A stretch of 64,000 bases of DNA from an uncultured Poribacteria bacterium (GTDB lineage Bacteria > Poribacteria > WGA-4E > WGA-3G), in assembly GCA_951813565.1 (NCBI GenBank), contig OX638351.1, forward strand, positions 1,408,001 through 1,472,000. Reading direction: 5' to 3'. The notes below the pieces were generated by a model, which was not told the origin of the DNA, did no database searches, and was given only the letters and a program-made list of their open reading frames with translations. Of this stretch, positions 26,151 through 36,739 are shown in pieces (position 1 is the stretch's first letter; the number at the start of each line of letters is the position of its first letter). A program made the translations under genes and the position numbers.

Positions 26151-27218
26151 ATGAAACGTAAAAACGCTATGCGATTTTTTTCGCTTTTGACAGTTCTGGG
26201 TATCGCCACTATTTTTGGGTCGCAAGCCAACTCAGAAACAGTAGATAATCCAGGAGGATTCAGTATGATTGAAATGACAAAATTAACGAAAGATGCACTA
26301 AGTACCGCTAAAGAATATAATGGACCACAAACCGTGCAAGCCCTGATGGAAGCGTTTGATGAAATATACAATCGCAACCATTTAAAAACCGCGGTGATTA
26401 TATACCGTAAAACCGATGGTGGAACAATCACTGCTTCTATACTAACAACAAGTGAAGTAAACCTCTCCCATAAGATTGATAGTGCTGGCAGAAAAAGACA
26501 CGTCAGCCAGTTTACAAACGAGGAAATTGATGCCCAACATCAACGGATAGGATGGCTTAAGATGCGTCTGAATGAAGGTGCCTCTATAAAACTTTCCGGA
26601 GAAGGGAAAGTAAACTTATCCCATATAATTGATAGTGTTGATGGAAAAAGACACGTCAGCCAGTTTACAAACGAGGAAATTGATGCACGATATCCGAGAG
26701 CAGCATGGCTTCAGCTGCTTTTAGATAACGGTATCACCATCGAAAATTTCGGAGAGTACGCGTCCTACCTGTCAAAACGACACACTCTGGCTTTTCTGAA
26801 AGACAATCCTAATCTTCGTAATGTGAGGATTCTTGACATTCCACCAGCGGATGATTGGGCAACCTATCAAGCTGCCTATATTGATAAATTGGAAATGGAT
26901 TATGCCAAAATGCGGAAAGTTGCAGAACAGGTTGAACAGAGTAAAGAAAAAGTTGAACGTGCTAAGGTGCTGGCTGAACAAGCCAAAGTGCTAGCTGAAC
27001 AAGCCAAGGAACGAGCTGAACAAGCCAAAGTACTGGCTGAACGCGCAAAGAATAAGTTAAATTCACAACGACTTGAAAACGTTAGGAAACAACTTGAGAA
27101 CGCCAGAAAACAGATTGAGCATTTACAAGAGACTTTAGAACGTCTTAAAAAATCAACGCCTCCACCTCAGTCCCCCAAACAAAATATGAAAAAGAAGCCT
27201 TCCACTATTCAGATATAG
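26151..27218 (+). CDS. Secreted protein with coiled-coil tail, paralog 2 of 3
   Basis: Same architecture, plus an internal 153-bp duplication. Confidence 0.75.
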   Translation: MKRKNAMRFFSLLTVLGIATIFGSQANSETVDNPGGFSMIEMTKLTKDALSTAKEYNGPQTVQALMEAFDEIYNRNHLKTAVIIYRKTDGGTITASILTTSEVNLSHKIDSAGRKRHVSQFTNEEIDAQHQRIGWLKMRLNEGASIKLSGEGKVNLSHIIDSVDGKRHVSQFTNEEIDARYPRAAWLQLLLDNGITIENFGEYASYLSKRHTLAFLKDNPNLRNVRILDIPPADDWATYQAAYIDKLEMDYAKMRKVAEQVEQSKEKVERAKVLAEQAKVLAEQAKERAEQAKVLAERAKNKLNSQRLENVRKQLENARKQIEHLQETLERLKKSTPPPQSPKQNMKKKPSTIQI

Positions 27219-27410
27219 CATAAAAGTAACGCGATAGACCTTATGGGCTATTCTGTTTTCATCATTGATACTATAATACTTACACCCATACATATCTTCT
27301 GCAACTTTTCTGCAAAGACCGTATGCAAAACAATTAACAGAGGATTGATGGACAAACGCAGGTTTACAAACATAAGGCTCACATCTACAATTGAAAATGA
27401 AGGAGACATA

Positions 27411-28229
27411 ATGAAACGAAAAATTGTTATGCCAATGTTCACATTTTTGATAGTTATGGGATTTGCTTTCTTTTTTCTGTCTCAAGCAGATTCTTTCACT
27501 TTCACATTCAGCGAAACGATGAAAATCAAGCAGATACCACCAGACCTCCCCGAAGAATATTTTGGGCCGCAAACAGTGCCGGCATTGATGAATATCTTTG
27601 ATGCTGAGTACAACCGGGTCCATTTGAAGACCACAATAAGTATATCCGCTGGCCAACACAGCCAATCAAGCCAGTTTACAAATGACGAGATAGATGCGCG
27701 ATATCCGCGGGATGAGTGGCTTAAAATCTTGTTGGACAAAGGTTTCACTATACAGAATTTCCGCAAATATGCATTCTGTCTAACGAAAAGACATATTTTG
27801 GCATTTCTGGAAGATAATCCAGATTTTTGGAAAACAGGGTTTCATGGGATGCCCGTATTTTCTGGTATGCCTGTGACGGATAATTGGGAAACTTATAAAG
27901 CCGCTTATATTGAAAAGTTGGTAAACAAACATATTGAGAAGATTCGGAAAGCAGCAGAGAAGGTTGAACAAGGTAAGGAACAAGCTGAACGCGCTAAAGT
28001 GCTGGCTGAACAAGCCAAGGAACGAGCTGAACAAGCCAAAGTACTGGCTGAACGCGCAAAGAATAGATCCAATTCACAACAACTTGAAAACGTTAGGAAA
28101 CAACTTGAGAACGCCAGAAAACAGATTGAGTATTTACAAGAAACTTTAGAACGTCTTAAAAAATCAACGCCTCCACCTCAGTACCCAAACCAAAATATGA
28201 AAAAGAAACCTTCCACTATCCAGATATAG
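27411..28229 (+). CDS. Secreted protein with coiled-coil tail, paralog 3 of 3
   Basis: RBS aggag then ATG 27411 (ORF track begins at 27243); same core and tail. Confidence 0.75.
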   Translation: MKRKIVMPMFTFLIVMGFAFFFLSQADSFTFTFSETMKIKQIPPDLPEEYFGPQTVPALMNIFDAEYNRVHLKTTISISAGQHSQSSQFTNDEIDARYPRDEWLKILLDKGFTIQNFRKYAFCLTKRHILAFLEDNPDFWKTGFHGMPVFSGMPVTDNWETYKAAYIEKLVNKHIEKIRKAAEKVEQGKEQAERAKVLAEQAKERAEQAKVLAERAKNRSNSQQLENVRKQLENARKQIEYLQETLERLKKSTPPPQYPNQNMKKKPSTIQI

Positions 28230-28396
28230 CATAAAGATAATGCGATAGACTCCTACGAACTATCTTGTTCACGTTTAATAACTGTAAACTTACACAGCAC
28301 ACCTTTTTACTGACATCCAGTTAATTTGGAGCGGTAAAAAACGTGATTTGTGTAGTCTTAAGGGATCTTTTTGCCATCATATATGGAGAATACCAA

Positions 28397-29805
28397 ATGT
28401 TACTAACGCTAATTCGAAAAGAGATAATGCATCATATCCTGAGCGTCCGTTTCGTCGCGCTCCTTGTGATGTGTCTCCTTCTCGTCCCGCTTACACTTTC
28501 TACCAATTACCGAAATTATCGCCAGAACTTAGTAGATTACCAAGAAGCCGTTAAACTCGCAAACATTGAAGAAACCACAGTAAACCCGAAGCTGCCATTG
28601 GAACCGGAACGGGAGGTTTCCAAACTCATCCTCAAACCGACCCCTTGAGCGTCTTCGCAAATGGGTTAGCAGATGCATTGCCGAGTTATCTTGGCATGAC
28701 ACGTAATGGGATTACACAAGGGGCACCCGCCCTGGTTTCTTCTCTCTCCCAACTTTTTGGATACCTTGACTTTCTATTTGTGGTAGGTACTGTCTTCAGT
28801 CTCCTTGCACTGTTGTTCACATTTGATGCGGTTGCTGGTGAGCGAGAGGCAGGCACCCTTCGGATTACCTTAGCCAATTCCCTGCCGCGCGACCTATTTT
28901 TATGGAGCAAATTAATTGGCGGATACGTGGTATTTGTCGTTCCATTCCTGGTGTCGTTACTATTCGGTTTACTGATACTTGTCTGGCAGGGTTTCCCGCT
29001 CGGTGAACCCGAAATTTTTCCGAGAGTCCTGGGTTTAACCCTCATCTCGTTGCTCTATATTGGTGTCTTTTTTGCAATTGGCACAGTGATTTCCACCTAT
29101 TTAGACAATTCCAAAACAGCACTCATCGTCGCCTTTACCGTATGGGTATTTGCTGTGCTGATTACGCCACGCGTTGGGTTTATCGCTGCCAAACTCATCG
29201 TCCCAACACGAACCTCACAGAGCGTCTATATGGAAAAGACAGCCATGCGAGACGATTTCAACGCGGTAATTGATAAGGAAAAATGGAAATTCATAATGGA
29301 GATCCCACCGGATGAGGACGGTAATGTAATGATAGGAGGAGAAAATGCTAAAAAAGTTGATGAACGCGTAAAGCCTCTTGAAGAGGAATATCGATCGAAA
29401 TTCCAAGACTCTGCTGACAAACTCGATCGCGATTACAAACGTGAAATGGAACGACAAGAACAGATCGGTGAGATGCTTTCCCGAATAACACCGACATCTG
29501 CTCTCACCTACCTCGCTACGAACCTAACACAGACAGGAAAAGGCGCAAGAAGTATCTATTTTCAAGTGGGAGATCGCTATTACGATATGCTCCATACAGA
29601 TTTGTTCAGCAAAATTATGGATCATGCTTCAGGAAGATCATTTACAGCAGAGGATACTGTCAAAATCACACAACCGCCACCTTTAGAGACAATAACCTTA
29701 GGAGAAACACTCCGTCAATCAATGGTAGATGTGCTACTGCTCTGCTTTTTTGCAGTAGCGTTGACAACTGTGGCATTCCTGAAATTCTTTAGATCGGATA
29801 TTTGA
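28397..29805 (+). pseudogene. ABC-2 type permease, frameshifted (or sequencing error)
   Basis: ORFs 28343-28648 and 28645-29805 join to match the 29959 paralog (KPTP|LSVFANG) if one base is added in the cccc run at 28641-28644. Confidence 0.75.
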
Positions 29806-29958
29806 TGCAGCAGAAATAGTGGTATAAACCGTAGCAATTTTAAAATGCTTGGCGTGAACAGATGCAACTTTTTGCGAAGTCATTTGTAGTACAGGTTGAA
29901 TACAACACCTATTACCAAAGATCGCACGAGCTAATCATGCAAATTAAGGAAATTCAAC

Positions 29959-31374
29959 ATGTTAATGACATTGATTCAAAAAGAGATAATGCATCATATT
30001 CTAAGCGTTCGATTTATTGTCCTGCTTTTGATGTGTCTGTTGCTTGTTCCACTCACGCTTTCTATCAATTATCAAAATTACCGCCAAAACCTCATTGACT
30101 ATCAAGAAGCGGTTAAACTTGCCAGCACCGAAGAAACGGAAGTTAACACGAACATGGAACTGAAACCGGAGTTGGAAGTTTCAAAACTTTTCCTGAAACC
30201 AACACCGCTGAGCGTGTTTGCTAACGGATTAGAGGACGCACTCCCGAGTTACCTTGGCATGACACGCAACGGTATCACACAAGGCCCACCTGCGTTGGTT
30301 TCCGCTTCACTCTTTTACTTGTTAGGACATCTCGACTTCCTTTTTCTTGTCGGTACTGTGTTCAGTCTGCTTGCGCTGCTGTTTACTTTTGATGCTGTTG
30401 CGGGCGAAAGGGAAGCAGGCACACTCCGAATAACTTTAGCAAACTCTTTGCCACGTGACCTATTTCTATGGAGCAAGTTGATCGGTGGCTACATTGTATT
30501 TATTGTTCCATTTTTAGTATCATTTCTATTCGGCTTACTATTGTTAGTTGCACAAGGTTTTCCGTTGGGAGAACCAGAAATTTTTCCACGAGTCCTGAGT
30601 CTGACTCTTGTTTCATTGATCTACATCGCAGTCTTTTTTGCAATAGGAACAGTGATTACCACCTATTTAGACAATTCCAAAACAGCACTCATCGTCGCCT
30701 TTACCGTATGGGTATTTGCTGTGCTGATTACGCCACGTGTTGGATTTCTCTCGGCAAAATTCATCGCACCGACACAAACTGCACAGAGTGTCTATTTGGA
30801 AAAGACAGCCGCTCGCGAGGACATCAATGCAGAAATAAAAGAAAAGAGACTTAAAATACATGAAGAAGTTGGGAAAGGCCGCCCTCAAAGTTCTTTTGAA
30901 GAACAGATCGCATTGGGGCAAGAGATTGATAAACAGATGGAACCGATTCAAGAGGAGTTTCGACAGAAATTCAATGACAGTGTGGACGAGATAGACCGAC
31001 AATATGAACGTGAACAAGCAAGACAGGAAGGTGTAGCTGAAACATTATCCCGCATCTCACCGACATCCTCCCTCATTTATCTCACTACAAACTTGACACA
31101 GACCGGAAAAACAAAAAGAAAAAACTACATTCAAGCGGGAGAACGCTACTATGTTGCGCTTGATGAAGATTGGTTTAGTAAAGTCGAAGACCATGTCTCC
31201 TTCAGAGCGTTGGATCCAAAGAAAAATATCCAAATTACGCAACCACCTCCTTTGGAAACTCCAACCTTAGGCGAAACACTCCGTCAATCGATGGTAGATG
31301 TGCTGCTGCTTTGTTTCTTTGTAGTAGCGTTGACAACTGTGGCATTCCTGAAATTCTTCCGTTCCGATATTTAA
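29959..31374 (+). CDS. ABC-2 type transporter permease
   Basis: 'FDAVAGEREAGTLRITLANSLPR...SKLIGG' motif, ~6 TM segments, two large soluble loops. Confidence 0.88.
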   Translation: MLMTLIQKEIMHHILSVRFIVLLLMCLLLVPLTLSINYQNYRQNLIDYQEAVKLASTEETEVNTNMELKPELEVSKLFLKPTPLSVFANGLEDALPSYLGMTRNGITQGPPALVSASLFYLLGHLDFLFLVGTVFSLLALLFTFDAVAGEREAGTLRITLANSLPRDLFLWSKLIGGYIVFIVPFLVSFLFGLLLLVAQGFPLGEPEIFPRVLSLTLVSLIYIAVFFAIGTVITTYLDNSKTALIVAFTVWVFAVLITPRVGFLSAKFIAPTQTAQSVYLEKTAAREDINAEIKEKRLKIHEEVGKGRPQSSFEEQIALGQEIDKQMEPIQEEFRQKFNDSVDEIDRQYEREQARQEGVAETLSRISPTSSLIYLTTNLTQTGKTKRKNYIQAGERYYVALDEDWFSKVEDHVSFRALDPKKNIQITQPPPLETPTLGETLRQSMVDVLLLCFFVVALTTVAFLKFFRSDI

Positions 31375-31408
31375 CCATATTTCCTCTACTGCGTGGGTAA
31401 CAGACAGC

Positions 31409-31714
31409 GTAACCCATAGGCATCAATTTAATAAAATATCTCTATTGTTATAATTTTGGAAACCAGATTTATACCATTCACCTTTCGCACCGCTGGTGCT
31501 TTGGTTTTGTAATATGGATTCTATACACCTTCCGCACCGGAATCAACGCCAAATGCGCTTATGGCATTCTTCGGGTGCTAACATGTGATTTACTAAAGCC
31601 TCGGAGAGGCGAAAGATGTATAGTAAACGTTGAGCCACTAAATAGCAAGCCCCAGAGGGGCGATAGGTGTATCAAATGCACAAATGTTACTCTAAATTGA
31701 CATCTATGGGTTAC
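31409..31714. repeat. MITE-like shell with REP-like hairpins and a 35-bp insertion
   Basis: Inverted ends gtaacccataggcatcaattta...taaattgacatctatgggttac. Confidence 0.65.
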
Positions 31715-31812
31715 AGACAACGTAACCGCCAACTCTCTATCCCGTGCAGTTTTAACTATCCTTATTATCTGAAACATCTCTAATAGACAAACCCAACTTT
31801 TAAGGAGACGTT

Positions 31813-33288
31813 ATGCTACGAACAATTATTAGACAAGAACTTCTCGGTCATCTGATGAGCGCACGTTTTTTTGCTGCTGTCATCATTACGCTCCTGCTGG
31901 TTGTTGCGAATGCTGTCGTTCTTCTTGAAGATTATGAACGTCGGTTGGATAGATATAGCCATCAAGAAAATGTGCATCGTGAAAAAGCGCAGGAAGCGAA
32001 AACCTATTCATTTTTAAAACTTTATGTTGAACGCCCGCCTAACCCCTTAGGTCTCTTTAGTGCTGGATTGGACAAGCGGCTTGGGGGAACCCTTGAAATC
32101 TATCACGGTTCTGTCCCGATGATTTCCAATGCTTCGGCGCGTAGTCTTGATAATCCATTTCTAAACCTCTTTTCAAAAATTGATCTCGTCTTTATTTTCC
32201 AAGTGGTGCTAAGTTTGATAGCACTGCTTTTTGCTTATGATGCAATAGCCGGTGATCGGGAAGCAGGCACCTTACGTTTGGTTATTTCGCATCCAGTGCG
32301 GCGCGGCAACATTCTGCTTGCAAAATATATTAGTGCCATGATTTGCCTGCTACTCCCCGTGCTGATGAGTCTGCTAATGGTCATGTTTCTGTTATCCATT
32401 ACCGGTTCAATTCAACTAAGCGGACAGGATTTTGTTCGGATAGGCGGAATAGTACTGACAACAAGTATTTATCTGTCTGTATTTTACCTAATTGGATTGC
32501 TGATTTCTACAGCGACGCGCCGCACTGCTACCTCGCTGATGTTCTGTATGTTTGTATGGGTCGTTTTGGTTCTCGTTTATCCAAACTGGAGTCGGTTTAC
32601 TATAAATCCGGTGGGCGATACGCGAGCAGAAAGAACATCTACTGAAGAACATGTGAGTCAGGTTTGGGAAGAGGTTGACAGAGAAGAACAGCGATTTATA
32701 GCAAACAGTCCACTTGAGGAGGACCCACCGTGGTTTAATCTAAGTTATCATGAACAAGGTCGCAGCTACGGTGATGGGCGACAAATGCTTACCTCCAAAG
32801 TGAAAGCAAAATCTGAGCATTTAGTTCCTCACGTCCAAAAATATCATGAAACGATGGAAACTTTACGTATCCGTTTAGCGGAACAGACCGCTTTAATAAA
32901 GAAACAGTCCTTAGATAAAACGACCTTGCGAGAAGCAAGATGGGATGAACATTTGATGAAACTCAGTCCGGTGGGTCTGTATACGTTTGCAGCTTCCGCG
33001 TGGGCAGGCACCGATCTGGATGGTATGTTTGATTATGTTGACGCTGTGCAGCAGTATCGACGTTCCACCATAAACTATTTACATGAAAAAAACGCATTCG
33101 GTAGCCGGCAATGGTTTGACACGAGCAAAGGTGAAGTAGATTGGCAGGATTTACCGCAATTTCGCTTTGAACGGGCAGATGTTTCGGAAAACGCAACGCG
33201 CGCATTCCCCGAATTGTTTTTACTGCTACTCATCAATACGGTTTTGTTCACAGTGGCGTTTATGCTATTTATCAAGGTTGAAGTTTAA
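31813..33288 (+). CDS. ABC-2 type permease (subtype A)
   Basis: PPNPLGLF, YDAIAGDREAGTLRLV, FGSRQWF...DW.DLPQF. Confidence 0.88.
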   Translation: MLRTIIRQELLGHLMSARFFAAVIITLLLVVANAVVLLEDYERRLDRYSHQENVHREKAQEAKTYSFLKLYVERPPNPLGLFSAGLDKRLGGTLEIYHGSVPMISNASARSLDNPFLNLFSKIDLVFIFQVVLSLIALLFAYDAIAGDREAGTLRLVISHPVRRGNILLAKYISAMICLLLPVLMSLLMVMFLLSITGSIQLSGQDFVRIGGIVLTTSIYLSVFYLIGLLISTATRRTATSLMFCMFVWVVLVLVYPNWSRFTINPVGDTRAERTSTEEHVSQVWEEVDREEQRFIANSPLEEDPPWFNLSYHEQGRSYGDGRQMLTSKVKAKSEHLVPHVQKYHETMETLRIRLAEQTALIKKQSLDKTTLREARWDEHLMKLSPVGLYTFAASAWAGTDLDGMFDYVDAVQQYRRSTINYLHEKNAFGSRQWFDTSKGEVDWQDLPQFRFERADVSENATRAFPELFLLLLINTVLFTVAFMLFIKVEV

Positions 33289-33305
33289 TTGAATACATAG
33301 TCAGC

Positions 33306-33910
33306 GTAGGTTGGGTAGAACGCAGTGAAACCCATAACTGTCAATTTAGTGCCTGATTTCCTTGTTGGAAGGAGACTTTACCCGCCCAATTCTCTTCTTG
33401 TAGGAGCGAGCTCCAGCTCGCGACATCTTAGGACTGGTCGCGAGCTAGTGGAGTGTCTACCGAAATTTTGCGGGTAAAGGTCGCGATTCGGAGATCGCTC
33501 CTACAGAACACCCCTCTTTGTAGGAGGGAACTCCGATTCCCGACTACTGACACGAATCGCAATTTTAGTGTAGACAGAACACTAGAGCTCGCTCCTAATG
33601 AACTTTGACAATCAAAAGAGGTAATTTCATTTAACGTGAGTTTGATAAAAGAAATAAAATTTAGATGTTATGTTTCGCTTACGTCTATCTAATCCAGAAA
33701 CCAAAACAAATACTTTGCTCCGTAGGAGCAATATGTTTATAGCAACCATCAAACACCGCACCCCCGCTCCGTGAATCAACGCCAAATGCGCGCAAGGCAT
33801 TTAGCGGGTGCGGTATGTGATCAATCCCTCATAGCACACCGCTGGAGTGCAAGAACTTCGGGACATGTTTCTATAAACATAGCACACCGCTGGAGTGCAA
33901 GAACACATTT
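33306..33910. repeat. Cluster of GTAG REP elements and MITE fragments
   Basis: gtaggttgggtagaa, gtaggagcgagctccagctcgcgac, gtcgcgattcggagatcgctcctac, gtaggagggaactccgattcccgac, duplicated atagcacaccgctggagtgcaagaac. Confidence 0.75.
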
Positions 33911-34091
33911 GTTATTGAATGTAATAGACGTGAAATATCGTTCCGTTTCCTTTAATATTTAATATTAATGTCGAACTTACTTTCATTAGGAAAGTTTGCC
34001 CGATTTGAACGTCAAAACTCATCAGAATGTAAGAAGTACCGAATTACGAACTCGCGTTTACTAAGCAAGCAGCATTCTAAAGGAAAAGCCT

Positions 34092-35627
34092 ATGATTTTT
34101 CATATTATCAAACGAGAACTCTTTGACCATATCAATAGCCTCCGATTTGTCTTAACGACGGTAATACTATTAGTCTTAATGTCTACCAATGCCTTTGTGC
34201 ATCTTCGGACACATCCCGAAAAGGTGCGTAAATATTCCAACAATATTACCAAATCTCTTGACGACTTACAATCCCGAACCGAGTTGTACACGCTGACACG
34301 AAAGGGGCCCGGCAACCTTTATAAAAGCCCATCTTCGCTTTCTTTTATCGCCGATGGAGATGATGCTTACTTACCGAGAAATATATACAGTCCAGGGTCT
34401 TGGTCGAGATCCGGTTTTGGTAGTAGAGTCAGAAGCAATTGGTGGCTAAGTTATGGCAGTGTGAACCCAGATGCAAAAGATCTCCGTCCGCAAGCAACAA
34501 AGATAGATTGGGTATTTATTATCACCTACTTGCTCTCTCTTATCCCACTCTTGTTTACATTCGACTCGTTTTCTGGTGAACGCGAACGAGGAACACTTCG
34601 ATTGTGTCTGGCAAACCCAATTTCACGCCCCACCTTATTAGTCGGTAAATTCTTGGGGACATTGATAGCCATTCTCATTCCGTTCTGTTTTGCCGTATTA
34701 CTGAATCTTGCTGTGATTTCCCTGAGTAGCTGGACGCAACTGAGTGCTATGGACTGGGGACGTTTGGGCATAATCCTGCTCATTGCAATAAGTTACGCTG
34801 GCATTTTCATCGGATTGGGGTTGATGATTTCAGCGGGGACTCGTGAACCTCGGCTCAGCTTGATTGTTGTTCTGTTGATTTGGGTAACATTCGTGGTTTT
34901 TATCCCATCAACCCTTGGAACCCTTTCCACAAAATGGATGCCGCCTTTACAAACAAACGATCAATTTAAAGCTGCCAAAGATTTAGCAATTGACGAGAAT
35001 AACACAGACTATAATGAACAAATAAAGGCAATCAAAGAGAAGAAACTTTCTGGCGCGCAAAGTAAACTTCAGCAACTGGCGAAAATGCCACGCGAAAATG
35101 TGTCCCCTGAAGATATTAAAGCCGCTGAAGAAGAATATAATTCAGTATGGCAGAAAGATGGGAATGAAGAACTACAAATCAAGTCAGAATTTATTAAAAA
35201 AGATGTAGAGATACGAGAACGTTTTAACCGATCCCATTTAGACGCACAAACCGCTCAGATTCAGAGCGCAAGAGCAATAACGCGATTTTCACCTGCAGCG
35301 ATTGTCCAATACGCGCTTGAATCGATGGCTGGGACGGGTTTTAATCGGCACTTACAATTCTTAGACAACGTGCATCTTTACACGAAACAATTTCGGCAAT
35401 TTATTGTTGAAATTGATAGATCAGACAACGAAAGCCTCCACCTTATCGGTATTCCAGAGGGCATGTCTAAGACGACGGTAACGATTGAGGCAATCCCAAA
35501 ATTTGAGGACAAAATCACCTTCAGGGACACGTTCAACTCCGCGACTTTGGATCTGTTGTTACTCGTGCTACTTCTCATGATATTTTTTTCAGGGGCATTT
35601 CTCGTCTTTTTACGGACAGAGGTCTGA
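34092..35627 (+). CDS. ABC-2 type permease (subtype B)
   Basis: KGPGNLYK, FDSFSGERERGTLRL, SLHLIGIPEGMSK. Confidence 0.88.
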   Translation: MIFHIIKRELFDHINSLRFVLTTVILLVLMSTNAFVHLRTHPEKVRKYSNNITKSLDDLQSRTELYTLTRKGPGNLYKSPSSLSFIADGDDAYLPRNIYSPGSWSRSGFGSRVRSNWWLSYGSVNPDAKDLRPQATKIDWVFIITYLLSLIPLLFTFDSFSGERERGTLRLCLANPISRPTLLVGKFLGTLIAILIPFCFAVLLNLAVISLSSWTQLSAMDWGRLGIILLIAISYAGIFIGLGLMISAGTREPRLSLIVVLLIWVTFVVFIPSTLGTLSTKWMPPLQTNDQFKAAKDLAIDENNTDYNEQIKAIKEKKLSGAQSKLQQLAKMPRENVSPEDIKAAEEEYNSVWQKDGNEELQIKSEFIKKDVEIRERFNRSHLDAQTAQIQSARAITRFSPAAIVQYALESMAGTGFNRHLQFLDNVHLYTKQFRQFIVEIDRSDNESLHLIGIPEGMSKTTVTIEAIPKFEDKITFRDTFNSATLDLLLLVLLLMIFFSGAFLVFLRTEV

Positions 35628-35674
35628 TCTTATACCATTTCTAATTGATCGCCTTTCATTAACAAAAAACACGT

Positions 35675-35783
35675 TTATAGTGAACTTTGAAATTATTGGG
35701 ACACTTTGATAAACTTATCTTGGAAAGATAATAGACAATAGAAGTTTATCAAAGTGTCCCAGTAATTATAGGTTTTACTATAA
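35675..35783. repeat. MITE-like inverted-repeat element
   Basis: ttatagtgaa...tgggacactttgataaactt / aagtttatcaaagtgtccca...ttactataa. Confidence 0.7.
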
Positions 35784-35946
35784 TATGAATCACAAATCCT
35801 GTTACTTTCAGCACGTCTCTTCTTGTAGGAGCGAGCTCCAGCTCGCGACTGTTAGACTTTTAATTTATATGGAATAGCAGTTGTAAGCACAACCAACAGG
35901 TCATAGAAACTCAAAGATGCCCACAAACTAACAAAAGGAGCATATT

Positions 35947-36402
35947 ATGAAAAAGTATAAACGCGTTCTTATTCTGATTATTGTTTTCCTGATTATTGCA
36001 GGGGTTAGCTGCACCACGATGATCACAGATGAAATAAATATTGTGGATAGAATAACACATGATCACTACAAAGTTGATCCCAAAGGGCAATTAATCGTTA
36101 ATGCTGAGATTGGCGAGGTTTCTGTCGAGAAAACAGATCACCTCACGTCTGATATTGATTTTGATATCAAAAAGGAGTGGAAATCGGGGATGATGTTTCA
36201 ACCGAATTCGAAGCGATGGATTAAGGATATGCTCAAAGATTTGGAAGTCAAAATTAAACGCGACCCGCCAGATGTACGGCTTGACGTTAAATTCAAACGC
36301 GGAAAACAACATTGGAAAAAGGGATTAAAATGGTTGACGGTTAACATTGATCTTAAAGTGCCGCGTCAATATAAGGTCGTTTCGAATGCCCCATCTAAGT
36401 GA
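35947..36402 (+). CDS. Putative lipoprotein resembling the N-terminal part of DUF4097 beta-strand proteins
   Basis: RBS aaggag, lipobox-like AGVSC, ends '..NIDLKVPRQYKV'. Confidence 0.55.
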   Translation: MKKYKRVLILIIVFLIIAGVSCTTMITDEINIVDRITHDHYKVDPKGQLIVNAEIGEVSVEKTDHLTSDIDFDIKKEWKSGMMFQPNSKRWIKDMLKDLEVKIKRDPPDVRLDVKFKRGKQHWKKGLKWLTVNIDLKVPRQYKVVSNAPSK

Positions 36403-36739
36403 ACAAGAATATGCATAAATAACTGATGTTGAATGTCTTAGTAGCGCGTATCTCCTAAATCAGATTTTGTTTGGTTTGCTCTGTTTTATCTAACGCTTCT
36501 TCATATTGTAGGGGCGGGACCCTGTGCCCGCCCATTGTTCCATCTTCAAGACATGGCGAGGCACCAAATCAACGGTATGAATGCCTGTTGGCATTCCCCG
36601 GAGACCTCGCCCTACAATGATTTATGAGACAGGTTGTAGTAATAATTTAAATTTTACAATTTTTTTCAAGTTATGCACCCTTTTCACCTTCAAATTGTAT
36701 CATGTATAGTCGTAAACCAATTTATTGTGGAGAACTCTG

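Noticed and set aside
28641..28648. Programmed ribosomal frameshift in the permease
   Set aside because: No canonical slippery heptamer or stimulatory structure is evident, and the paralog is uninterrupted.
25012..31374. Diversity-generating retroelement explanation for the paralog variation
   Set aside because: No reverse transcriptase in the window and no template/variable pair with adenine-specific differences was seen.
33830..33905. Two 26-bp direct repeats 48 bp apart
   Set aside because: Only two copies, inside a REP/MITE cluster; not a CRISPR array.
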